Shown piece by piece: positions 1 to 12,629 of a stretch of DNA of 64,000 nt. The position numbers and the translations under genes are program-made. Position 1 is the first letter of the stretch. Each line of letters opens with the position of its first letter. The stretch is from Pecten maximus (taxonomy: Eukaryota): NCBI RefSeq assembly GCF_902652985.1, contig NW_022983034.1, positions 1 through 64,000 on the forward strand, given 5' to 3'. Under the pieces are notes generated by a model, which ran no database searches, was not told the DNA's origin, and saw only the letters and a list, made by a program, of their open reading frames with translations.

Positions 1-1961
1 AAATTGTTGAAGTTAACAATGAATTGATGCTCAATTTAGGTTAGAAAAGAAACTTTTCAAATAGAATTTTATTAACCAGCCTGAGAAAAGTTTATCTCCT
101 GTTCAAGATGAGCGATTTTTGTTAATGTCTGAGTAGTATTTCGGTGTTCAATAAGTCTGATTATGATTGCTCTGTTAAATCCACACAGAAAGTTTTTAAG
201 ATAAAAAGGACATTTAAGGAAAGTTATCTCTTCTAAATATATCAGGTTTAAAACTCATTCTACCATTTAGCTGATGGTTATAGAAAAGGAATCGCCACAA
301 ACTTACACCGTTGTAGACGGATTGCTGTAAAGTTTGTATAATATGTGTAAAATGTGTAGTATTTGTGGAGAGTACGGTGTGTGTGTATATATGCAAATGT
401 ATATGTAGTCTCGGGTAGATAAACTAGTGCATATGAGGTAGCTTTAAATAGAAATGACCTGTTAGCAGGGTATTGTTCTCACTGATACAATAACTGTGGA
501 CGCATCACATCATATTTCATGTAAACGATATGAATGGGTTTTATTTGATTGTATTTACTGTCGGTCATCACACGAGTGTAGAGCACTAAATATTTACCTG
601 AAATAGTCATTGAATTTTAAGGTGTTGTGTTACATATGAAGTATAGTAAAGTAAAATACAATATATACAATATGTGATTTGTTTGGAAAGGGTAATTGTA
701 TATTAACATATACATCACATGTTATTTGTGATTGTCGTTCTGTGATTGGTAAAAATATTCAAGATAACTAAAGCACTCTAATGTTAATGGGCCAACAAAT
801 GATGAGCAAAATTAAAACTAACAAACGAAACATGTAAAAAGGTAAATACATATTGGTACACTCACGTCAAAATGAAAAGTGCATATGCTTACCCAAATCT
901 TGTGATGAAGACAAACAGCTCTCAGATATTTCTAACTTGTGTACATGTATATGCTAACAATTTTGAAAATAACCTTCAATTTAGACTTGCTTTGTTGTAA
1001 ACACTCTCTCGTGTAAGTTGTAAATCAATGTAATCCAATAAAAATGTTTAACGGGAAATGGTTCATTGCATGATGATCATACAACTACAATATAAAGTAT
1101 TGTTGGTGTATGGTATTATATTTTTTCATATGATACGGAACCTGTTAATTTCCACCGCAGCCTCCAAAAACATACACACTACAGCATTTACACGCATGTA
1201 TCTCGAACAAAGGAGAAGCCGTACTGAAATTACATTATCTGTTCAAAGCAAACCATATTGGATCATACCATATAAATCACACAAGTATATACTGATTTTA
1301 AATATATATAACTAATAGTAACTTTATATAGGATTTAGATTTTGTTTTCACATCAGGTTTCTATTAATATTTCAGAGGAGACTTCAGAGGTCATTGAAAC
1401 GTGATCTAATTTATATGTTTAGGAATTTCAAAGACTCAAATACATGAAATAGCGACACTTCTGGAAAAACTTTTGTCATGACTTGCAGTATCATACATAA
1501 TCCTACTTTAGTTGACAGAATTTGTTAAAATCATATTTTTTATATGAACATATCAACCTAGTTGTCTCCCTTAACATGGAAACGAGCCAAACAATGTCCG
1601 TGTGTTGTAGAATCTATACAGATGTAAAAACCAGGAAGAACGTTATCTTATTTCAAGAGTTCGGAGGCTAAAATGTGTAAGTGTATCCATATATTGACCT
1701 ATATACAACATTTTAGATGTTGGATGTCTATTTTTTCAACATTTAGTTGTACATTTTGTAAGAATACGTATTATGTGTAGTCTACAGCAATATAAACAGA
1801 AAGTACATTCAGTTTTCACGAGGGACTAAATCGTATTTACACACTGTAAAATGCATTGTGTTTAACATGGTGTTTTAGATAAGATTATCTTTTCTTTTGT
1901 GATGTACATGTAGGTGTACCGTTGCAAATGATATAGTCTGTGTATTTGAACAGGTTTTCTT

Positions 1962-1970
1962 CCGGAAGTG
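1962..1970 (+). promoter_or_regulatory. ETS-type motif CCGGAAGTG
   Basis: Canonical ETS core, retained in all full copies including the diverged copy-5 upstream region (35237). Confidence 0.45.
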
Positions 1971-2050
1971 GATACCACACAAGGTCAATCTGCTATTCGT
2001 AAGGATGAATCATTATAACAATGATTTAAGGAAAGATTGTGAGAGGAAAG

Positions 2051-2723
2051 GTAAGGAAGTGTCAAATAATTATTACAAATTAAATGAGTAAATATTTCAA
2101 TGTCATTTTTTAAAACTTACAATCCCACTATAGGCATATGGAAATCGAAAGTAGATTATTTTTGTTATTGTTGATGTTCAACAACGAATAGTGGCTGGAT
2201 ATTATATATTCACCTAAGTTTAAGATAATTATGCCGACTTTTACCACGGACTAAGCAATGTGTATGTTAATTTTTTACACATTTACACAATAACATGTCA
2301 ATATTTTTCAGATACTTTACCAAAACATGTCCCAGCAGATATTAGTCATTTCCGACCCCAATATAACTAATTTTCTTCCGAAGCAATAATGAACCCATCT
2401 TCGATTAATATAATGGCAACAGCTTATGTTCTCTAAAGAATCTGGAAGGAATTCTACAGAAGTTGTTATAGAGTACATGTACTAACTGTCAGCAGATATT
2501 TTTCTTTTAAAAAATCCAAAAGGTGTAATTATTTGACTTGTCAATGTTCTACCTTCAAGTAATTTGTCTATATTTAGTAATATCGCTACTTAAAGCAACA
2601 GTTCTGTGGTCTATGATCAACCTTAATGGTACAGTGTACATTGTATAAGATTATATTTAGAATTAATCAGTGGCACTGATCAAAGACTAGTGAAATGATT
2701 TAAGTTTTGTTTTTAACTTGCAG
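2051..2723 (+). other. Putative 5'-UTR intron of the TRIM gene
   Basis: Acceptor ttttgtttttaacttgcag ends 17 nt before the ATG and is conserved in all full copies. The candidate donor AAG|GTAAGG at 2051 (GTATGG in copies 3 and 4) is less certain. Confidence 0.6.
2140..2152 (+). promoter_or_regulatory. ISRE/IRF-element-like motif GGAAATCGAAAGT
   Basis: Fits GAAANNGAAA and is identical upstream of every full copy (about 9230, 17180, 30194, 35302, 42487, 49531, 63027). Confidence 0.55.
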
Positions 2724-2740
2724 ATAAACAAGCAATAGGC

Positions 2741-4807
2741 ATGGCAGAGGCTCATGTAGACAATCGATCTTTCAAATGTCTGATATGTCTCCAGGAATGT
2801 AACACACCCCGACAGCTACCATGTTTTCACACGTTTTGCACGGGTTGTTTAAACACCTATATTAATTCTGAATACGTCACAGAATATAACAGGACGTACT
2901 TCCCCTGTCCGGTATGCGAAAGTCCGTGCTACCCTCACGACAAGGATGCTCCCGTTAGTTGTTGGGCCGGTTCGTTTCCTCGAAATCAGCTATTTGCTTC
3001 CTCAACGTTCAAAGAGACAGAATCAGGTCAGACATTCTGCCACGGATGTCTAACTGACGACGAAGAGAACGTTGCTTCCTTCTGGTGTAAAGCATGCTCG
3101 GAAGCCTTGTGTCAGCCATGTCGCATTGCACACCGACGAAGCAAATTACTTTCAACGCACAAAGTCATTGCCATAGACGAGGTTTCTAAGACGGATATAC
3201 GCATGCCTGTATTCATTGACAACACGTGTCCTCATCATACGGGAAAGACGATCGAAGTATACTGCCACGACCACAACGCCTTATGCTGTGTTCTGTGCGT
3301 GACACTGTCACATAGAAGGTGTACGAATGTTAGTAGCCTTGGAGATACTACAAAGATGTTCTCACTTGATGTCATCGAATGTGAGTTAGGCAAGATGAAG
3401 GACGAGTCAAAAACGATTGTCGAAGAGGACGAAAACAAACTGACCATTATCGAAGACGATTACCAGAAAATGACCAGCAATGTGGCCACGATGATCAAGA
3501 AAGCGAAAGATAAGCTGGATGATCTTCACAAACGTTTTCAAACCGGGTTAGACGTAACATACCGACGTCATCGAGAAAGTCTACATGAACGCTTACGCAC
3601 CAATAGGATATTTCAAGCAAACATTAAAAACACCAACCAACTGATGAGGGTGGTAAAAGGGAAAAGTCCTGACGTTGATACATTTATTGTAACGGAACAA
3701 TCCAAGACACAACTCCTAAGTCACGTGCGGCGTTTACAGCAGAGGACTGGAGACAAGCACAATACTTTTGAATTGAAGATGAGATATGACGACGTATTAG
3801 AGAAGGTCATCAACGTGGTGACAACTGTGGGAAGATTAGAAGTCTCCTCTTCATTGTCATCGTCATCACAAGACTCCCTCACATCTATCAGACAAACCAT
3901 TGACAAACTCCAGGCCACATCGTCCGTGACATCGTTTTCCGAATCAACGTCCTCCTCGGACATGTTGAGAGATGTAGGACACGTGGCAGTTCCATCTTCG
4001 TCAATAGCGCCTCGCATTGACGTGTGGACTGGGTCTTTATCTCTGGTCAAGTCTGTACATAAAGGTTCCATCGGTGGGTCAGTGACTCCATGTCTGACAG
4101 GAGGGATATTTATTGAAGGAGAATGTCTACTCGCTACAGACTACACAAACAAAAAACTTTTACTGTTTGATGATAGCTATGAGTATGTCAGGCATTATGA
4201 TGTGGATAACTGTCCTATTGATATCACATGTAGATTTGAACCGAATCAGTTACTAATGACCCAGCCAAATGGGTCAGTCATTAAGTATACATTTCGGGAT
4301 GGTGTCCTAACCACTGTCGACAGGATACGTAGTACTCAACAATGTTGGGGTATAGATATTCTGGGAGATAACATACTGCTCGGGACTGAAAGTTCTGTCG
4401 AGATTTTAACATCTGACTTTAAACAGGTAGCAGCCTCTATACCTAAACGCGGTTACAATACTTCCGTCGCCGCATCACCAAATAGACTCTTTTACCACGG
4501 AGATGAAGACGTCATCGTATGTCGGTCACATGATGGGAAGGAAGTGTTCCGGCATATGTGTAAAGGTATCAAAGAGCTACGAGGAATTGTTGTTGACCAG
4601 GATGGTAATGTATACGTATGTGGAATGGAGTCGGGAGACATACACCTGATATCACATGACGGCTCAAAGGATCGAATCCTTCTCCCAAGAATGTCTGGAA
4701 TCGCTCGACCGTACGCCATACTTCACCATCCAAGAAGACAGGAGATCATTGTGACATCATGGCAGGAAAACGTGGTGTTTGAAGTGTACAAGTTTTGTGA
4801 TCAGTGA
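2741..4807 (+). CDS. TRIM-NHL-type E3 ubiquitin ligase, copy 1 (intact, 688 aa)
   Basis: C3HC4 RING (CLIC..CFHTFCTGC..CPVC), B-box1 (CHGC..CKAC..CQPC..H..H), B-box2 (CPHH..CHDH..CVLC..H), coiled coil, Ser-rich linker, NHL-like blades (RGIVVDQDGNVYVC, RPYAI). No filamin domain is evident. Orthology cannot be assigned from sequence alone. Confidence 0.95.
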   Translation: MAEAHVDNRSFKCLICLQECNTPRQLPCFHTFCTGCLNTYINSEYVTEYNRTYFPCPVCESPCYPHDKDAPVSCWAGSFPRNQLFASSTFKETESGQTFCHGCLTDDEENVASFWCKACSEALCQPCRIAHRRSKLLSTHKVIAIDEVSKTDIRMPVFIDNTCPHHTGKTIEVYCHDHNALCCVLCVTLSHRRCTNVSSLGDTTKMFSLDVIECELGKMKDESKTIVEEDENKLTIIEDDYQKMTSNVATMIKKAKDKLDDLHKRFQTGLDVTYRRHRESLHERLRTNRIFQANIKNTNQLMRVVKGKSPDVDTFIVTEQSKTQLLSHVRRLQQRTGDKHNTFELKMRYDDVLEKVINVVTTVGRLEVSSSLSSSSQDSLTSIRQTIDKLQATSSVTSFSESTSSSDMLRDVGHVAVPSSSIAPRIDVWTGSLSLVKSVHKGSIGGSVTPCLTGGIFIEGECLLATDYTNKKLLLFDDSYEYVRHYDVDNCPIDITCRFEPNQLLMTQPNGSVIKYTFRDGVLTTVDRIRSTQQCWGIDILGDNILLGTESSVEILTSDFKQVAASIPKRGYNTSVAASPNRLFYHGDEDVIVCRSHDGKEVFRHMCKGIKELRGIVVDQDGNVYVCGMESGDIHLISHDGSKDRILLPRMSGIARPYAILHHPRRQEIIVTSWQENVVFEVYKFCDQ

Positions 4808-6574
4808 TTGGTGTAACTACACTGACTATCGAAATGTTTTCTGTGATTTCCACGATGTCTGTTTCACGAGGAATTAAATTAATTAATGTCACTTCATACT
4901 ATTTCATATAAGTTACGGGAATTATTTGTGCACTATCATTAATCATTAAACCTTAACCGAGTAACCAGTGTTTGATAACCAAGGGAAAAGGGAAACATTA
5001 ACATTATGGGTGCGCGATAGGGTATCCCACCCAAGGACTCGGTGTTTGATGTCCGGGCAAGCTATGGGCACTAACACGTACAGCCATTAGCGAGAACTAC
5101 TTTCAAATGTCGATACTAAACTGCAGTTTTCTTATTGATGTGAATATAAATCAAATGTATAAATGTTATCCTATACCAGTGCGTATAGATATACGATGTC
5201 GTGTAGGAGAGAATAGACAGACAACTGTTTATTTTCTACTAACATGTACTTAACTCCTCCGATTGTTAACCTGACGAAATATTTTTTCCTCACATGTACC
5301 GTGAAACGTAATTAAGTTTGACACGATATCTATTTCTGTGTGTATTTCTATAACTCATCATTTCCCTGTATCAACATAGAAAGTTTCTTTTGTTTACGCG
5401 TTGATAATGGGTGCAGTAGTTGCCCCATTTCGTAAATACTGAGCGCACATGTATACTTGTTACAGGAAAGTGAGAGAACAATACATCTGATAATTTAAAT
5501 AGGTCATTTAGAAGAACAATTAAGATCTTATATTCACAGATAATAAAACAGAGGTTCTATATGTCCGTGCGTCATAATAACCCATCTCAGGTTGGGTTGG
5601 AATAACACGGATACGTTTTGAAAAGCTGATTTCAACAAAAATCAGTTCTCAGTATAGCTAATTTTTATTATTTACTGGAAGGTTAGTTCGGAATGATATT
5701 CCGTAAGTGAAGGGTGGGTTGAGATTTCAAATTCGTAATCTGTATACACATTTTTGTTTAAGTTACCGTCACAGGTACAATTTAAGCAATTGAAATAATT
5801 AGTTAATATAAGATTGTGAATTGTCTATACACGTTACATGTACTTGTCAGTGCTGTGTTGTAATGTGGAAAGTACCTTGTCTAATTTAGTAACGCAGTGT
5901 CATGTACGTGTAGTCCATACTGTGTATGTCCATATTTGGTGGTGTTTACGACTTATATGTAAATTAGGGTATGAAAGTGTAAGAAATCGTGCAAGAGTGA
6001 GAGCGAGAATAGTAAAACCCGTGGGTTATGGTAGAACGCCGCAGTAGCCATTCATAGGTCGGTAGGACATATCCTCTGGGGTCCGGTGACCAATTATGTA
6101 ACAGACATGTGTACAGACTTACCGTTTTACCAGACATAACAGTCTTGGAAGGTATGTTATCCTGACAAATATAATAGAATGACTAATAATTATAACTTTA
6201 TTTAATAGATAGAATCATTACAGTCAGTTAATATGTTGTCGAGTACATGTAGGCTACGTATGTATATCATACAGGCTATTTTGTGTTTCAGAGGGTTTTC
6301 CTTTCGTATCAAGTTATGTCCTAATCTCCGGTAGTAAAATATAGAAAGAACCAGCAGGAGTGTGTTCGTTTTCCTTCCTGTGACATACTTTTAGAGCAAT
6401 GTAGACCATGTTGGACAATATTCTCGCTTTTGAGAGTTTTATCACAGGCGATACAAAAACCGTGCATTTGATACACAATATCAAGAGGTATGTCGACCTG
6501 TCATGTTGAAGAGTGACTTGACCATACTCGAATGTAACCTTACAATGGTGTGTCAAATGATTCATAAAACAACA

Positions 6575-6750
6575 TTTTCTGCAGTAACATTCTGTCCTGA
6601 CGTAATTGTCCAAATAAACTGTGCAAAATATGTGAAAGCACGAGTCGCAGGGAACTACAAATCTCAAGGCAAAGAAAACAATTGAAGGATGGACCTTTAG
6701 AACAAGTTAATTTTTCCGCAATAACCCTTTTGTGTCTAAAATGAAAAACG
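6575..6750 (-). pseudogene. RING-only remnant of the antisense TRIM paralog (unit 1)
   Basis: SFNCFLCLEICSSLRL / CFHIFCTVYLDNYVRTE aligns with SFKCLICLQECNTPRQLPCFHTFCTGCLNTYINSE. Confidence 0.75.
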
Positions 6751-9700
6751 AACATCCAGATACTTCTATTTCAATATTCCTTCAGTCGGGTTATTATAAT
6801 TATATGACCTTTCTTTGTTGGTGATTATATTTCAATCATAGGTTATTAGGACATCAATTTGCATTTACAGATGTGATACACTGTAATCTTTATGTTTACT
6901 CTAATAAAGTAAAGTCAATGGGATCGATTTGACTTGGAATTTTTAACATACTATTGAGTTGAATTAAACTGGGACAGGATGCGTGATAATTACAACAAAA
7001 TTAGTCATCTATATCATGGATAGAAGTCATACACACACAATAATGAAACAAATAGGGTTATTGATATATAGATTGTTGAAGCTAACAATGAAAAACGTTA
7101 ATGGTACAATTGATGCTCAATTTAGGTTAGAAAAAAAGCTTTTCAAATATTATTTTATTAACCAGCTTGAAAAAAGTTTATCTCCTATTCAAGATGAGCG
7201 ATTTTTGTTAATGTCTGAGCAGTATTTCGCTGTTCAATAAGTCTGATTATGATTGCTCTGTTAAATCCACACAGAAAGTTTTTAAGATAAAAAGGACATT
7301 TAAGAAAAAGTTATCTCTTCTAAATATATCAGGTTTAAAACTCATTCTACAATTTAGCTGATGGTTATAGAAAAGGAATCGCCACAAACTTACACCGTTG
7401 TAGACGGATTGCTGTAAAGTTTGTATAATATGTGTAAAATGTGTAGTATTTGTGGCGAGTACGGTGTGTGTGTATATATGCACATGTATATGTAGTCTCG
7501 GGTAGATAAACTAGTGCATATGAGGTAGCTTTAAATAGAAATGACCTGTTAGCAGGGTATTGTTCTCACTGATACAATAACTGTGGACGCATCACACCAT
7601 ATTTCATGTAAACGATATGAATGGGTTTGATTTGATTGTATTTACTGTCGGTCATCACACGAGTGTAGAGCACTAAATATTTACCTGAAATAGTCATTGA
7701 ATTTTAAGGTGTTGTGTTACATATGAAGTATAGTAAAGTAAAATACAATATATACAATATGTGATTTGTTTGGAAAGGGTAATTGTATATTAACATATAC
7801 ATCACATGTGATTTGTGATTGTCATTCTGTGATTGGTAAAAATATTCAAGATAACTATACCACTTTAAGGTTAAATGGACCAACAAATGATGAGCAAAAT
7901 TAAAACTAACAAACAGAACATGTAAAAATGTTAATATATATTGGTACATCCACGTTAAAATGAAAAAGTGCATATGCTTACCCAAATCTTGTGATGAAGA
8001 CAAACAGCTCTCAGATATTTCTAACTTGTGTACATGTATATGCTAACAATTTTGAAAAGAACCTTCAATTTAGACTTGCTTTGTTGTAAACACTGTCTCC
8101 TGTAAGTTGTAGATCAATGTAATCCAATAAAAATGTTTAACGGGAAATGGTTCATTGCATGATGATCATACAACTACAATATAAAGTATTGTTGGTGTAT
8201 GGTATTATATTTTTTCATATGATACGGAACCTGTTAATTTCCACCGCAGCCTCCAAAAACATACACACTACAGCATTTACACGCATGTATCTCGCACACA
8301 GGAGAAGCCGTACTGAAATTACATTATCTGTTCAAAGCAAACCATATTGGATCATACCATATAAATCACACAAGTATATACTGATTTTAAATATTCATAA
8401 CTAATAGTAACTTTATATAGGATTTAGATTTTGTTTTCACATCAGGTTTCTATTAATATTTCAGAGGAGACTTCAGAGGTCATTGAAGCGTGATCTAATT
8501 TATATGTTTAGGAATTTCAAAGACTCAAATACATGAAATAGCGACACTTCTCGAAAAACTTTTGTCATGACTTGCAGTATCATAAATAATCATACTTTAG
8601 TTGACAGAATTTGTTAAAATCATATTTTTTATATGAACATATCAACTTAGTTGTCTCCCTTAACATGGAAACGAGCCAAACAATGTCCGTGTGTTGTAGA
8701 ATCTATACAGATGTAAAAACCAGGAAGAACGTTATCTTATTTCACGAGTTCGGAGGCTAAAATGTGTAAGTGTATCCATATATTGACCTATATACAACAT
8801 TTTAGATGTTGGATGTCTATTTCTTTCAACATTTAGTTGTACATTTTGTAAGAATACGTATTATGTGTAGTCTACAGCAATATAAACAGAAAGTACATTC
8901 AGTTTTCACGAGGGACTAAATCGTATTTACACACTGTAAAATGCATTGTGTTTAACATGGTGTTTTAGATAAGATTATCTTTTCTTTTGTGATGTACATG
9001 TAGGTGTACCGTTGCAAATGATATAGTCTGTGTATTTGAACAGGTTTTCTTCCGGAAGTGGATACCACACAAGGTCAATCTGCTATTCGTAAGGATGAAT
9101 CATTATAACAATGATTTAAGGAAAGATTGTGAGAGGAAAGGTAAGGAAGTGTCAAATAATTATTACAAATTAAATGAGTAAATATTTCAATGTCATTTTT
9201 TAAAACTTACAATCCCACTATAGGCATATGGAAATCGAAAGTAGATTATTTTTGTTATTGTTGATGTTCAACAACGAATAGTGGCTGGATATTATATATT
9301 CACCTAAGTTTAAGCTAATTATGCCGACTTTTACCACGGACTAAGCAATGTGTATGTTAATTTTTTACACATTTACACAATAACATGTCAATATTTTTCA
9401 GATACTTTACCAAAACATGTCCCAGCAGATATTAGTCAATTCCGACCCCAATATAACTAATTTTTTTTCCGAAGCAATAATGAACCCATCTTCGATTAAA
9501 TATAATGGCAACAGCTTATGTTCTCTAAAGAATCTGGAAGGAATTCTACAGAAGTTGTTATAGAGTACATGTACTAACTGTCAGCAGATATTTTTCTTTT
9601 AAAAAATCCAAAAGGTGTAATTATTTGACTTGTCAATGTTCTACCTTCAAGTAATTTGTCTATATTTAGTAATATCGCTACTTAAAGCAACAGTTCTATG

Positions 9701-9832
9701 GTCTATGATCAACCTTAATGGTACAGTGTACATTGTATAAGATTATACTTAGAATTAATCAGTGGCACTGATCAAAGACTAGTGAAATGATTTAAGTTTT
9801 GTTTTCAACTTGCAGATAAACAAGCAATAGGC

Positions 9833-11896
9833 ATGGCAGAGGCTCATGTAGACAATCGATCTTTCAAATGTCTGATATGTCTCCAGGAATGTAACACACC
9901 CCGACAGCTATCATGTTTTCACACGTTTTGCACGGGTTGTTTGGACACCTATATCAATTCTGAATACGTCACAGAAGATAACAGGACGTACTTCCCCTGT
10001 CCGGTATGCGAAAGTCCGTGCTACCCTCACGACAAGGATGATCCCGTTAGTACTTGGGCCGGTTCGTTTCCTCGGAATCAGCTATTCGCTTCCTCAATGT
10101 TCAAAGAGACAGAATCAGGTCAGACATTCTGCAACGGATGTCTAACTGACGACGAAGAGAACGTTGCTTCCTTCTGGTGTAAAGCATGCTCGGAAGCCTT
10201 GTGTCAGCCATGTCGCGTTGCACACCGACGAAGCAAATTACTTTCAACGCACAAAGTCATTGCCATAGACGAGGTTTCTAAGACGGATATACGTATGCCT
10301 GTATTCGTTGACAACACGTGCCCTCGACATACGGGGAAGACGATCGAAGTATACTGCCACGACCACAACGCCTTATGCTGTGTTCTGTGTGTGGCACTGT
10401 TGCATAGAAGGTGTACGAATGTCAAAAGCATTGGAGATACTGCACAGATGTTCTCGCTCGATGTCATCGAATGTGAGTTAGGCAAGATGACGGACGAGTC
10501 AAAAACGATTGTTGAAGAGGACGAAAACAAGCTGACCACTCTCGAAAGCGATTACGAGAAAATGACCAGTAATGTGGCCATGATAATCGAGAAAGCGAAA
10601 GATAAGCTGGATGATCTCCAAAAACGTTTTCAAACCGGGTTAGATGTAACATACCGACGTCATCAAGATAGTCTTCATAAACGCTTACGCACCAATAGGA
10701 TATTTCAAGCAAACATTGAAAACACTAACCAACTGATGAGGATCGTAAAAGATAAAAATCCTGACGTTGAGACATTTATTGTAACGGAACAATCCAAGAC
10801 ACAACTTCTGAGACACGTGCGGCGTTTACAGCAGATGACTGGAGACAAACACAACACATTTGAATTGAAGATGAGATATGACGACGTATTAGAGAAGGTC
10901 ATCAACATGATGACAACTGTGGGAAGGTTAGAAGTCTCCTCTTCATTGTCATCGTCATCACATGACTCCCTCACATCTATCAGACAAATCATTGACACAC
11001 TCCAGACAACATCGTCCGTGACATCGTTTTCCGAATCAACGTCCTCCTCGGACATGTTGAGAGATGTAGGACACGTGACAGTTCCATCTTCGTCAATAGC
11101 GCCTCGTATTGACGTGTGGACTGGGTCTTTATCTCTGGTCAAGTCTGTAAATAAAGGATCCATCGGTGGGTCAAAGACTCCGCGGCTGACAGGAGGGGTA
11201 TTTATTGAAGGAGAAGGTCTACTCGCTACAGACTACAAAAACAAAAAACTGTTACTGTTTGATGATAGCTATGAGTATATCGGGCATTATGATATGGATA
11301 ATAGTCCTATTGATATCACACGTGGATTTGAACCGAATGAGTTAATAATGACCCAGATTGATAGTTCACTCATTAGGTATACATTTCGGGATGGTTGCAT
11401 AACCACTACCGACAGTATAAGTAGTGCTCAACAATGTTGGGGTATAGATACCCTGGGAGATAACATGCTGACCGGGACTGATTATTCTGTCGAGATTTCA
11501 ACATCTGACTTTAAGCAGGTAGCCTCTATTCCTAAACGCGGTTACAATACTTTCGTTGCCGCATCCCCAAATGGACTCTTTTACCACAGTGATGAAGACG
11601 TCATCGTATGTCGGTCACGTGACGGGAAGGAAGTGCACCGGATTATGTGTAAAGGTATCAAAGAGCTACGAGGTATTACCCTTGACCAGGATGGTAATGT
11701 ATACGTGTGTGGAATGGAGTCAGGAGACATACACCTGATATCACATGACGGCTCAAAGGGGAGAATCCTTCTCTCAAGAATTTCTGGAATCACTCGACCA
11801 TACGCCATACTTCACCATCCAACAAGACAGGAGATCATTGTGACGTCATGGCAGGAAAACGTCGTCTTTGAAGTGTACAAGTTTTGTGACCAGTGA
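9833..11896 (+). CDS. TRIM-NHL-type E3 ligase, copy 2 (intact, 687 aa)
   Basis: Same architecture as copy 1, uninterrupted ORF, Zn ligands retained. Confidence 0.95.
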   Translation: MAEAHVDNRSFKCLICLQECNTPRQLSCFHTFCTGCLDTYINSEYVTEDNRTYFPCPVCESPCYPHDKDDPVSTWAGSFPRNQLFASSMFKETESGQTFCNGCLTDDEENVASFWCKACSEALCQPCRVAHRRSKLLSTHKVIAIDEVSKTDIRMPVFVDNTCPRHTGKTIEVYCHDHNALCCVLCVALLHRRCTNVKSIGDTAQMFSLDVIECELGKMTDESKTIVEEDENKLTTLESDYEKMTSNVAMIIEKAKDKLDDLQKRFQTGLDVTYRRHQDSLHKRLRTNRIFQANIENTNQLMRIVKDKNPDVETFIVTEQSKTQLLRHVRRLQQMTGDKHNTFELKMRYDDVLEKVINMMTTVGRLEVSSSLSSSSHDSLTSIRQIIDTLQTTSSVTSFSESTSSSDMLRDVGHVTVPSSSIAPRIDVWTGSLSLVKSVNKGSIGGSKTPRLTGGVFIEGEGLLATDYKNKKLLLFDDSYEYIGHYDMDNSPIDITRGFEPNELIMTQIDSSLIRYTFRDGCITTTDSISSAQQCWGIDTLGDNMLTGTDYSVEISTSDFKQVASIPKRGYNTFVAASPNGLFYHSDEDVIVCRSRDGKEVHRIMCKGIKELRGITLDQDGNVYVCGMESGDIHLISHDGSKGRILLSRISGITRPYAILHHPTRQEIIVTSWQENVVFEVYKFCDQ

Positions 11897-12629
11897 TTGG
11901 TGTAACTACACTGACTATATCGAAATGTTTTCTGTGATTTCCACGATGTCTGTTTCATGAGGAATTAAATCAATTAATGGCTCTTCATACTGTTTCATAT
12001 AAGTTACGGGAATTGCTTGTGCACTAGCATTAATCATTAAATCTTAACCGACTAACCAGTGTTTGATAACCAAGAGAAAAAGGGATGATTAACATTATGG
12101 GTGCGCGATAGGGTATCCCAACCAAAGACTCGGTGTTTGATGTCCAGGGCAAGCTATGCGCACTAACACGTACAGCCATTAGCGAGAAATACTTTCAAAC
12201 GTCGATACTAAACTGCAGTCTTATTGATGTGAATAAATCAAATGTATAAATGTTATCCTATCCCAGTGAGTATAGATATACGATGTCGTGTAGGAGAGAA
12301 TAGACTGACAACTGTTTATCAAAGTTATTTTCTACAAACATCTACTGAACTTATTTGTTACTTAATTATTCCTCCGATTGTTAACATGACAAAATAATTA
12401 TTTCCTCACATGTAATGTGAAACGTAATAAAGTTTGACACGATATCTATTTCTGTGTTTACTTCTTTAACCTACCATTTCTCTGTATCAACATAGACAAT
12501 TTCTTTTGTTAACGCGCTCATAATGGGTGAGTAGTTGCCTCATTTCGTAAATACTGAGCGTAAATGTATACTTGTGACAGGAAAATGAGAGAACAATACA
12601 TATGATAATTTAAATAAGTCATGTTGTAG

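Noticed and set aside
1058-1315. Recurrent 85-aa ORF and other short spacer ORFs (214-396, 5838-6047, 6983-7240)
   Set aside because: No domain signal, AT-rich composition, and broken by indels or stops in the more diverged units. Conservation reflects recent duplication.
3721-4071. Recurrent acidic antisense ORF (MSEEDVDSENDVTDD..DDDDNEEE)
   Set aside because: It is the reverse-complement shadow of the TCN-rich Ser linker. It recurs only because the gene is duplicated, and its start and length vary.
2741-4807. Specific gene symbol (TRIM2/3/32/56/71)
   Set aside because: The architecture is shared with these genes, but orthology needs a phylogeny. A lineage-specific expansion is more likely.
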